This document shows, piece after piece, positions 31,963 through 42,052 of a stretch of 64,000 nt of DNA. The position numbers and the translations under genes were made by a program. The DNA is from Blastocladiella emersonii ATCC 22665 (taxonomy: Eukaryota; Fungi; Blastocladiomycota): NCBI GenBank assembly GCA_025594325.1, contig JANHCV010000016.1, forward strand, positions 186,001 to 250,000, read 5' to 3'. Every line of letters begins with the position of its first letter. Position 1 is the stretch's first letter. Below the pieces are notes generated by a model, which saw nothing but the letters and a program-made list of their open reading frames with translations, was not told the DNA's origin and searched no databases.

Positions 31963-32054
31963 CCCCGACCTCCGCCGCTGCTGACCGCCCACAAGACAAA
32001 TTTGGAGATCAATAACTATGTACAGGTTTCAAATAACACAAATCAATCACAAAC

Positions 32055-34049
32055 CTACTCGTCGCCGGGCCCGTTGTTGAACACAGGGTCAGACGGCTCA
32101 GTGCGGTCAGGCTCCGCGACGCCGAGGTACCTCGGGAACCGCGGGATGCCGTCGCGCGTGAGCTCCTGGCACTTGTACTTGATGAGCGAGCCGATGGGCG
32201 GCGCCTTGCTCAGCTCGCGCTCGTCGGCCTTGAACCCGGACCCGACGCGGAACTCCTTGCCGCTCGCCATGCGGCACTCGAGCGCGCCCAGCATGCCGCC
32301 GAACTTGCCCGAGGTCGAGAGCTGGTGCCCGATGACGAGCGCCTCGCCGTCGGCAAATGACTTTACTTTTTTAAGGCTGTGGGAACGGCCGAAGGCGTAG
32401 GCGGACTTGGGTTCGCGGAGCATGAGGCCCTCGCCGCCCTGCTTCTCGATCTCGTCGAGGGCCTGCAGGACGTGGTCGACGCCGGTGCACACGACGTGCG
32501 GGACGAGCTTGAGCTGCGGGTGCTTGGAGGTGTCGAGGAACTTCTGGATGGCGGCGATGCGGGTCTCGAAGGGGCCGGGGACCGAGGGCGCGTCGAAGAT
32601 GTGGTAGTAGACCGTCTTCCAGCGCGCGTCGCCGCCGGCCGCGCGCACGATGGACGTGGTCGACTGGAACATGCCGCGGCCGCAGAACAGCTCGCCGTCG
32701 AGCGCCATGTCGGCGGGCATGCCCTCGATGAACCAGTCCGGGACAGGGAACTCGTTGTGGGCGCGCGAGAAGAAGCCGCGGCGGTGTGGGCAGAAGTAGG
32801 CGCGCAGCCCGTCGAGCTTCTCGGACATGTGCCAGCCCGTCGGGTTGTCCTTTTCCGGGTTCCACTTGTGCGCGAGCAGCACGTTGATGTTGTGCGAGGT
32901 CTCGGTGCCCTTGCGCGCCGTCGCGCCGGCCGACCGCTTGGGCCGGGACGAGGCGGCGGCGGGCGCGGCGCCGCACCGCGCGGCCTCGTACTCCTCGCCG
33001 AGCATCTGCTTGAGGTGCTTGCACGTGCGCGCGTCGACGGGAGTCTTCTGCATGCGCCACGAGGGGCACGTCTGTGTGGAAAAGGGTTGTTGTGGTTAGC
33101 CGGTGTTCGAGGAGAGAGAGCAAAGGGGAAAGCGGTAACGTACGCAGCTGTAGTGGTCATTGACGCGCTTGACCTTGTACGACGAGCTGCTCGACGCGGA
33201 CTCGACGAGGACCGTCTCGCCGTCGGCGAGGACGCGCAGCGGGGCGATGCCGGCGACGTACGCCGTGGCCTCGTCCATGACGCCCGACGCGAGGTCGGCG
33301 ACCGTGACGGCCGGGTGGTCGACGAGGAGGCCGGCGGCGGCGGCGGTCGAGGACGCGGCAGCCGCGGGAGCGTCGGACGCCGACGGGTGACCGTTGAGGC
33401 GGGCCTGCCACTGGTCCTCGGTCAGGATGGTGACGCCCGACTCGCGCGCCTTGGCGACCTTGGCGCCGTCCACGTCGACGGCGACCAGGATCGTCGTCTT
33501 CTTGGTCACACTGCTGCCGAACTTGTACCCGAAGCTCTCGGCCTGCGCCGTCGCCTCCTTGCGCGTCATGGTCGACAGGGTGCCCGAGAAGACGACGACG
33601 TGGTCGGCGGGCGAGCCGCCAGCCGACGTCGACGGCGCGGACGCGGCGGTCGGCGAGGTAGCGACCGGCTTGGCGGCGGGGGCAGCGCGCGCGCGCTTCG
33701 GCTTGGGCGCGGGCTCCTCCTCGTCCTCGTCGTCCTCCTCGCCATCCTCGTCGTCGGCAGCTGCGGCGGCGCGGGTGCGCTTGAGGTTCTTGGGCTTGGC
33801 GGGCGGCGCGTCGCGGACCTCGACGCCGGCGTCGCGCAGCATGGTGACGAACTCGGCCTCGGACACGCACTTGACGCCGCGCTCCTCGGCCTGCGCGACC
33901 TTTTCGCCGGCGTCGACGCCGACGACGAGCAGGTTCACCTTCTTGTTGAAGTTGGACGCGACAGCGTAGCCCGCCGACTTGGCGGCGGCCGTGGCCTCCT
34001 TGCGCGGCAGCGCGAGCGTGCCCGTGAACAGGATCGTGGTGTCGGCCAT
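32055..34049 (-). CDS. BRCT-BRCT-SWIM fused to a minimal ATP-dependent DNA ligase; two exons
   Basis: Two LigA/RFC1-style BRCTs (FTGTL..PRKEA; FSGTLSTMTRKEA..SSVTKKT). SWIM HYSC|TCPSW..CKH spans intron 33072-33143. Ligase motifs SEKLDG, LDGELF, EGLML, KVK and an OB fold ending GIPRFPRY. Confidence 0.92.
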
Positions 34050-34472
34050 GGTGGTGATTCGTGGGCTAGATACGTTGTGTGTGGCGATCCATGGTGGGGA
34101 GGGGGGAGAGCGGTCCTTTATAGTCGCGTCGGCGCGCGGTGGGCCACGCGGCGGGCCACGGCGGGCGACGGGCCGGGCAGCAGCGGTCGCCCACCACGGA
34201 ATGAAGGGACTCCGAGGTGGGAGACGCGACTCACTCGAAGCGCGTGTGGCGTTGCCGGTGCGCCGCGCTGCGTCGACTCACGGATTTACTGGTGCCTGTG
34301 CCCTCGCGACGGGCCAGGTGCGCCCACCTGACTTCAAGTCGCACCTTTCCGCCACGCTCGCGACTGCACCCCACGCGCCGCCGCTGCCGCCACGGCCGCG
34401 CGACGTGCGGTGACGACGACGTCGAGATCCCAGCGATCGTGCAACAAGCACTACCACGTAACTTGATCCACC

Positions 34473-36954
34473 ATGGTCCTCGACTTTGGCCCCGGCACGC
34501 TGCTCGACGACGCCGACGTCAAGGTGTACGCGTCCGACTCGGACGAGGAGGACACGGGCAAGCGCATCGTGCAGACCAAGGCTAAGAAGCAGAAGAAGCA
34601 GGCCAAGAAGGCTAAGGCCTCTGCTGCCGAGTCGGACGATGACGAGTCCGCCGCGGCCGAGGCTGCCCGCAAGGCCAACGCGGGCAAGTCGCTCGACCTG
34701 AACCCCGACTTCACCTTCTCGCTCGACACGGTCGGCGCCGGCGGCATCATCCACCCGTGGGACATCACGGACGCCCGCGCCAAGCTGCGCACCCGCACCG
34801 GCACCTACACCAGTATTGACGACAAGATCGCCAAACGCGTCAAGAAGTCGGCTGGTGACGATGAAGACGACGAGGATGATGAGGACGAGGACGAGGCCGA
34901 GGATGCCGTCGAGGAGAGCAAGGAGGCTGTCGCTGCCGCGGCGGATGTCGAGGAGGACGACGACATGGACGTGGACGGCGATGACGATGAGGACGCAGAA
35001 GAGGAGGATGAGAACAGCGAGGACGAGGGCGAGGACGAGGATGTCGTTCGCGACCGCGAAATGGTACGTGACCGCCCACCACGCGCGTACCCGATCCCGC
35101 GCAGCCCGCTCACTCGACATCACGAACAACGACTTGTAGGAGAAGCGGAAAGCCGAGTACTTCGAGACGGTCGAGGAGCCCGACGAGGAGGACCTGCCGA
35201 CCACGTTCGGCGCCATGAACCTGTCGCGCCCCGTCATCAAGGGCCTGACGCACCTCGGCTTCACGGCCCCGACCATCATCCAGGCCCGCACCATCCCCAT
35301 TGCGCTCATGGGCAAGGACATTGTCGGTGGCGCCGTGACCGGGTCCGGCAAGACGCTCGCCTTCATGATCCCGATCCTCGAGCGCCTGCTGTTCCGCCCC
35401 AAGGCGACCGCCGTGACGCGCGTCCTGGTGCTCGCGCCGACGCGAGAGCTCGCCATCCAGTGCCACTCGGTCGCGACCAAGGTGTCGCAGTTCACGGACA
35501 TCTCGATCGCGCTCGCCGTCGGTGGGCTCAGCATCAAGCAGCAGGAGGCCGAGCTGCGCAAGCAGCCCGACGTGCTCATCGCGACGCCCGGCCGACTCAT
35601 CGACTTCATCCACAACTCGTCCTTCTTCACGCTCGACTCGATCGAGATCCTGGTCATGGACGAGGCCGACCGGATGCTCGAGGACGGGTTCGCCGACGCG
35701 CTCAACGAGATTGTCAAGAACGCGCCGCGGTCGCGCCAGACCATGCTGTTCTCGGCCACCATGACCGACAACGTCGACCAGCTCATCCGCATGTCGCTGA
35801 CGCACCCGGTGCGCCTCTTCGTCGACTCGACGCAGGCCACGTCGCACCGCCTCGTGCAGGAGTTCATCCGCGTGCGCCCGAACCGCGAGGACGACCGCCC
35901 CGCGATCCTGCTCGCCCTGTGCAAGCGCACCTTCAAGGACAAGTGCATCGTCTTCTTCAAGTCCAAGGCCGCCGCCCACCAGATGAAGATCCTGTTCGGC
36001 CTCCACGGCCTGCGCGCCGCCGAGCTCCACGGCAACCTCAGCCAGGAGCAGCGACTCGACGCGCTCGAGCAGTTCCGCGACGGGTCCGTCGACTTTTTGC
36101 TCGCGACCGACCTCGCCGCCCGCGGTATCGACATCAAGGGTATCGAGACGGTGATCAACTACAACGTGCCCGTGGCGCACCCGCAGTACCTGCACCGTGT
36201 CGGGCGTACCGCGCGTGCGGGCCGCGCCGGTCGCGCCGTGTCGCTCGTCGGTGAGGCCGACCGCAAGCTGCTCCGCCTCGTCATCAAGCACGCGACGTCG
36301 GCCGACCAGATCAAGCACCGCACGATCCCCGTCGCCGTCATCGACAAGTACGCGGCCAAGGTCGAGGCGTCCAAGGACGACATCCGCGCGGTCCTCGACG
36401 AGGAGCGCCAGGAGAAGTCCCTCCGCGCCGCCGAGCAGGAGATCACGCGTGCGCAGAACCTGATTGACCACCGCGACGAGATCATGGCCCGCCCGAAGCG
36501 CGAGTGGTTCCAGTCCAACAAGGACCGCGAGAAGTCGCGCGTCGCGTCGGCCCGCGACGCCGGCCACGTCTCGGCCGCTGACGCCAAGGCCGCGCTCGAG
36601 GCCGCCAAGAAGCGGCCCGCCCACGGCCCGCTCGACGGCATGTCGCGCAAGAAGAAGCGCCGCATGATGAGCAAGGACGAGGACGATATCGCTGCGCAGC
36701 GCGACGGCGCACGCGCCGCCAAGGCCGCCAAGAAGTCGGCCCGCCCCGAGCGCATGCACGTCGTCAAGGAGGGGTCCACGGGCGGCGGGCCCGGCGGCAA
36801 GAAGAAGAAGATCAAGGGGTTCGAGGCCGACCTGCGCGGCGGCAACAAGCGCGCGTCCGGACCACGCGCCGGCGCCGGCGCCAAGGGCGGCAAGGGCAAG
36901 GCCATGGCCAAGATCAAGAACAAGTCCAAGGCCAAGGGCAAGGGCCGCAAGTGA
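34473..36954 (+). CDS. DRS1: ATP-dependent DEAD-box RNA helicase Drs1/DDX27; two exons
   Basis: Acidic N-terminus with LNPDFTF, then Q motif, GAVTGSGKT, PTRELA, TPGRL, DEAD, SAT and HRVGRTARAG. Intron 35064-35139. Confidence 0.95.
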
Positions 36955-37002
36955 GTCGTCCGTGCGCGAGAGCATACTAGTCCTTTTATATATACACATC
37001 AC

Positions 37003-39027
37003 CTAGCCATGCGGAAGCACCAGTCCACACATATTCCTCGCGCGCTCCTGCCTCTCCCGCGCGGCCGCCATCTGCTGGTTGACGAGCGCCGTCTCGCGCG
37101 CATGGCGAAACGCGCAGATGGGCGAGAACTCGCACTCGGCGCACCGGCGGCCGGCCTCCTCGATATCCTCGACGCCGCGCGCGCGCCGCGTCCCGAACGC
37201 GACATCGAGCGTCGCCTGCAGCTGTGCCGCGACCGCGGCCTCGTCGACGTCGTACGCGAGGGTGCCGAGCCGCGTCACTTTGCGGGACCGCGACCCGCGC
37301 CGCCCCGCGTACACGTAGCTGATCTCGACGCGCGGCGAGATGCGGAGCGGCGGGCCGAAGATCAGCTGCAGCGCGACGTGCGTCCACCCGGCCACGTCGT
37401 ACAGCGACACGCCGGCGCCGGCGGCGCCGGGCGCGACGGCGTCGTCGAACCCGGGGCACAGCGCGGACATGGTGCGCGAGGCCGCGATGTAGTCGATGAC
37501 GGACCGCGACAGCGGGCGCGTCGCGGCGAACGGGCGGCCGCGCGCGAGCGCCGTCAGGACAGTCGGCGGGGACCACTCGCCCGCCAGCATCCCGCTTAGG
37601 AGCCGGCGGTACATGCCGAGCTGGGTCACGGCGAGCGCGGGGCCCGGCGCGTCGCGCGGCGGGAGCGAGGCCGTCGCGCGCGTCTTGTGGTCGACGAGGA
37701 CGAGTTCCACTTCCCCGGTATCGGGGTTGTCGCGGCGCTCGATCTCGTCAATGATGCCCACGACCCACACCTTCGTCCCCGTCGCCTCGTGCGTGACGAG
37801 CCCGCGGACGGGCATCTCGCGCGTGATCCCGTGCACGAGCAGCTCGCCGACCGAGAACAGGACGCGGAGGACGCGCAGGGCGAGGTCGTCCTCGAACGTC
37901 GACCGCTCCACGACCACGGGCTGGTGCAGCTCCAGCTCGATCTTGGCGTGCACCGCGGTGCCCGTCGCCATGGCCGCCTCGGCGCGCTCGTTGACGGCGC
38001 ACCCGAGGAGTTCCAGCGCGAGACGCGACCGCGTGTACGTCCGCGTGAACAGCCACTGGATCTCGCACCACTGCGCGCCCGTGATGTCGGTCACCTTGAG
38101 GTACGGCGTCGCGGGTTTGCGTGGCGGGCGCGGCGCGGAGGTGGTGTCGGGCAGGCTGCGCGATTTGGCGAGCCGGCGAGAGGAGGATTTGGGGCCGAAG
38201 ATGGGCAGCGGGGTGCGCAGGAGCGGGGTGACGCGCGCGGGTGCGCGGGTTGACGTTGCGGGTATCTCAGTGGCAGTCGGCATTTCGGCGGCAGTCGAAG
38301 TCTCGGTAGCGGGGTTCTCGGTGGCGGGGGACGCCTTGGTGGCGGGGACCTTGGCAACGGGCGAGTCGGGGATCGGTGGGTCCACGGGTGACTCCGGGAC
38401 CAGTAGCTCCGCGGTCGGCGCGGCGGTCGGCGACTCGATGGGCGACTCGGGCATGGGAACGTCGGTAGCAGCTAGCGGCGGTGTTGGTGGCGCTGGCGAG
38501 GAAGTCGCATTGGCGACAGGAGCTGTTGGTGCTGTCGAGAAACCGCTTTCGACTGGCGCTGCCGCTGGCGTCACGGCATCGACGGGCGGTGCGTTGACCA
38601 CATCCACGTCCATGGGCTCATCCTCACCGTCCTTCTGATCGGGCGGCGGGACCTGAGAGCCGACGGCCGGCTCAGCGAGCACAGGCAACGACTCGTGCGT
38701 CCGCGCCGGCGCTGATGCGAGCTGCTCGCTCCGCTTCTCCTCGAGATCCGCGACGTGCGCAGCGGCGAGCTCCCACCACGCCGACGTCGTATCGCTCGGC
38801 TCGCTGGAGGAGCGTACGGTGCGGAAGGTGGGGTGCTCGAGCGAGATCTGGGTCGCGGCGAGGGACCAGAAATCCTCTTCGTCGTCCGAGTCATCGCCGT
38901 CCGCGTCAACGGTAACGGCGGCGACGGGCTCGGTCAGCGTGGTTGATACATGTTGCGCGGCGAGTTGCCAAAAGTCGTCGTCGTCATCGTCGTCTTCATC
39001 GGGCGGGGGTACATGGTCAGGCTGCAT
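37003..39027 (-). CDS. EXO5: Exonuclease V (Exo5/Dem1 family, PD-(D/E)xK with Fe-S cysteines)
   Basis: LKVTDI...WCEIQ, GTAVH..IE, TREMPV, GIIDEI, DHKTR, QLGMY and C-terminal C..C.F...C. Confidence 0.88.
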   Translation of the reverse strand: MQPDHVPPPDEDDDDDDDFWQLAAQHVSTTLTEPVAAVTVDADGDDSDDEEDFWSLAATQISLEHPTFRTVRSSSEPSDTTSAWWELAAAHVADLEEKRSEQLASAPARTHESLPVLAEPAVGSQVPPPDQKDGEDEPMDVDVVNAPPVDAVTPAAAPVESGFSTAPTAPVANATSSPAPPTPPLAATDVPMPESPIESPTAAPTAELLVPESPVDPPIPDSPVAKVPATKASPATENPATETSTAAEMPTATEIPATSTRAPARVTPLLRTPLPIFGPKSSSRRLAKSRSLPDTTSAPRPPRKPATPYLKVTDITGAQWCEIQWLFTRTYTRSRLALELLGCAVNERAEAAMATGTAVHAKIELELHQPVVVERSTFEDDLALRVLRVLFSVGELLVHGITREMPVRGLVTHEATGTKVWVVGIIDEIERRDNPDTGEVELVLVDHKTRATASLPPRDAPGPALAVTQLGMYRRLLSGMLAGEWSPPTVLTALARGRPFAATRPLSRSVIDYIAASRTMSALCPGFDDAVAPGAAGAGVSLYDVAGWTHVALQLIFGPPLRISPRVEISYVYAGRRGSRSRKVTRLGTLAYDVDEAAVAAQLQATLDVAFGTRRARGVEDIEEAGRRCAECEFSPICAFRHARETALVNQQMAAARERQERARNMCGLVLPHG

Positions 39028-39114
39028 GGTCGGGGAGAGCGGGGGTGACTCGAGCGCGGACAGTTTGGAAAGCTTTGTATTCTTCTCCCCTCACGTCTAC
39101 CACACAGCAGCGAA

Positions 39115-39869
39115 TCAGGGGTTGCGCAGCTTGGCGAGGCGGGCCGACAGCTCGTCCTGCTTGGGCGCGGCGTCGGCGACGGCGTTCGAGGCGCCAATGG
39201 CCGTGTCGGGGACGGACCCGAGCTCCATGTTGAGCTCGAGGCCGTGCTCGTCGGCGACCTGCATCATGAGCGAGTCGACCTCGGCCTGCGGCGTGGTGAG
39301 GGTGGTGGAGGTGCCCATGGCGCCCTCCATGTACTGGGTCTGGACGTCGAGGTCCTCGAACTGCTGCTCGAACTTGTCCATGACCATGGAGATCTGCTCG
39401 AGGTTCATGGCGGCCATGGCCTTGTCCATCTGCTTGACGACGCCGGCCATGTTGGCCGTGACCTGGCGCATAGTGACGGCGGTCTGGACGCGCGAGGCGA
39501 CGCCGTCGAGGCGAGACGCCAGGCGCAGCAGGTTCAGCGACTCGTTCTTCTTGCGGATCGCGTTGGCGGCGTAGATGCGCGCGCCCTCCATGTTGCCCTG
39601 CTGGATCGCCTTCTTCAGCTTGGCCTTCTCGGCCGTCTCCTCCTTGGCGCACTTGCGCGCGTTGCGCTGCAGCGACTTTGTCGTGAACTACGCGCACGAG
39701 GGGATGTGTGAGCTGTCGATCGTGGGTGTAGCGCGCAGTCATGATCGGACCTTGAGCTGGAAGAGGTGCTCTACACGATGAGAGCGGAGCGACACAGCCG
39801 TCAGCTTCCACACTGGCCGGCGGCCCAGCGGCGCGAGAGCACACACACACTTTCGAGGTTGCTGCTCAT
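39115..39869 (-). CDS. DID2: ESCRT-III-associated Did2/CHMP1; three exons
   Basis: The spliced product reads MSSNLE|KHLFQLK|FTTKSLQRNARKC...QQGNMEGARIYAANAIRKKNE...DELSARLAKLRN. Confidence 0.95.
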
Positions 39870-40111
39870 GGCGGTGCTTGATACGTTGCAGCGAGTGGTT
39901 CCGTGGCCGAGATGCGTCGTATTCGTCGTATTCGAGAGGGGGGCGTGGTGGCGTAGTCGCCGTGAGCAACGCGTCGCTCGCGAACCGCCAAGGTCGGCAG
40001 TCACGCGATGCTCGCAGCGACCAGCGAAGGCGGTCGAGTCAGCTCGCCCGATCGGCCCTCCCCTCCCGCACGGCGAATGAACCCCCAATAAAGCGAGCGC
40101 GCCCCCTCCTT

Positions 40112-41632
40112 ATGACTCGCCGCAACCGACGCGCGCTCGACCGACCCACGCACCACCGCGCCCGCGCCGCCGACCGCTCGCTCTCGCCGCCCTCCGCCGG
40201 TTCCGCATCATCACCCGCATCGCACGCCGCCGCAGCCCAGCGCAAGGCCGGCTCGCTGCACCTCCGCCACCGCATCGGCGCCCAGTACCGCAGCGTTTCC
40301 GCGTCGTCGCTGTGCGCGAGCCAGGAGAACCAGCTCCGCTCCGACTCCGCGTACGCCCTGCCCGTCGACGACGTTGACCTCGACGAGGGCTCCGCCGCTT
40401 CTTCTCCTACGGCTGCCGCTGCCACCATGAATCAAGTCCTTCCACCGCACGCTCCGCTGGCATCACCACCGCACGCGCCGATGTCGGCCGCGAACCAAAT
40501 CCCGCTGATCCCCGTGGTCGCGGCCGACGGTCCCTCGCGCGCCGCCGCGCTTCGCTCGACGTTCGCCCTCTTGCGACCCAACGCGCCGCGGCCACGGATC
40601 CACGGGGCGCATGCGCCGGCGCAGCGTCACCCGCCGGCCATCTCAGCAGCGCGGCGCGCCATGGCGCCGTCCAACGTGCCAGACGTGCTGCCCGCGTCGC
40701 CGGTGCACGCGTACACGATGATCCTCGAGGTGCAGGAGGAGCGGCAGCGCGAGCAGTGGGCGCGCGCGCACCTGCAGCCGGCGACGGCGGGGCCCGCAGT
40801 CCCGAAAGGGTGGCGGCAGGGCGTGCAGCTGCGCCCGCCGCTCTACGACCTCAAGAGCGGGCAGGTCCCCTCGCTCGTCCAGGTCGCCCTATGCCACTAC
40901 CTGCGCTGGCTGCAGCGCGTTGGGCCCGCGGCGCCTGCGGCGCTCCCGCTCGCCAGCATGCCGCCGGGCGTCCGCCAGCTCGTCCTGTACCACCTCTCGT
41001 ACTACGTGACGCCGACCGACGCGACGTTGCATCTCTGGCGCGATTGCGGCGTCCAGTTCCTCAACCTCAGCAACGGGCGGTTCTCGGCGCCCGCGCTCGC
41101 TGCGCTGCTCGACGATCCCGCGACGCCTGCGGCTGCTGCGCCCGAGGACGACGCGGTGCCCGACGCGTGGGACGAGCTCGCGGGCTCGGACGGCGACGAC
41201 AACGACCCGCCCGACAAGCCGTCGCCCTCGCGGCCCGAGGCGGGCGGCAGCGGCGGGTGGGCGCTCGAGTCGCTCGACCTGTCCTTCTGCTCGCTCCCGC
41301 AGGCCGCGGTGGTGCAGACGCTGACATCCTCGCGGCGCGCGGCGCAGCTGACGCACCTCAACCTGTCGGGCGTGCACTTCACGGTCAGCGACGCCGGGTG
41401 GGCGCTGGCGCGGCTCGCCGACCACCTGCTGCACCTCGCGGTGCTCGAGGTCCACTACTGCCCGTGGCTCACGCCCGCGGCCGTCGCCGCCGTCGACTGG
41501 ACCACCAAGTGGCGCAACCTGCGCGTCCTCGGCGCGCACAAGTCGGCCGTCGCCGCCGACGACGTGGCCGCGATCCGCGCGTACCTCGCGGCGGTGCGGC
41601 CCGAGATCTGCGTCGTGACGGACGCGCCGTGA
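40112..41632 (+). CDS. RNI-like leucine-rich repeat protein
   Basis: VPSLVQ.A, FLNLSNG, LESLDLSFC, LTHLNLSG and LAVLEVHYCPWL repeats. Start codon uncertain. Confidence 0.65.
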   Translation: MTRRNRRALDRPTHHRARAADRSLSPPSAGSASSPASHAAAAQRKAGSLHLRHRIGAQYRSVSASSLCASQENQLRSDSAYALPVDDVDLDEGSAASSPTAAAATMNQVLPPHAPLASPPHAPMSAANQIPLIPVVAADGPSRAAALRSTFALLRPNAPRPRIHGAHAPAQRHPPAISAARRAMAPSNVPDVLPASPVHAYTMILEVQEERQREQWARAHLQPATAGPAVPKGWRQGVQLRPPLYDLKSGQVPSLVQVALCHYLRWLQRVGPAAPAALPLASMPPGVRQLVLYHLSYYVTPTDATLHLWRDCGVQFLNLSNGRFSAPALAALLDDPATPAAAAPEDDAVPDAWDELAGSDGDDNDPPDKPSPSRPEAGGSGGWALESLDLSFCSLPQAAVVQTLTSSRRAAQLTHLNLSGVHFTVSDAGWALARLADHLLHLAVLEVHYCPWLTPAAVAAVDWTTKWRNLRVLGAHKSAVAADDVAAIRAYLAAVRPEICVVTDAP

Positions 41633-42052
41633 AGCGGAGGAGGGTGTGGTGTGTCAGGATTCTTCTATATACACGAGTGCCGGGTGCCCGACTTGGGGCT
41701 CGCGCGTTTTGGAGTCTTCGCCAGGGTGGCGCGGCTACGCTTGCCGTGCAACGTGTGCTGCCGAGCGTGCTGCATGATCTTGGGCGTCCTCGTTAGAGTG
41801 CTGAGCAGCGCTGTCGACCGGGCGGCCGGCGACCGTCAAAAAGCGACGCGCCGCCCGTTCTCGCTCTCGCTCCCTTCTCCCCGCCGCTCGCTCCCGCGGC
41901 GTTGCATGTAATCGAGTGAGCGCACACCCGCACCGTTGCATACGACACGAACCACCGCACCGCCTCCAGCTCCTGTCGCCCGATCGCGCACACACACGGC
42001 CACCTTCCCCTGCGCCACAGCGCGCTCTCTTCATACACACCCGACCGACACC

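Noticed and set aside
32355-32374. Frameshift or slippery site breaking the ligase at the A/T tract
   Set aside because: The frame stays open and motif V (KVK) and the OB fold follow in register.
32055-39027. DNA-repair gene cluster (ligase plus Exo5)
   Set aside because: They are separated by DRS1, and there is no shared regulatory evidence. Adjacency of two repair genes in a gene-dense arm can be chance.
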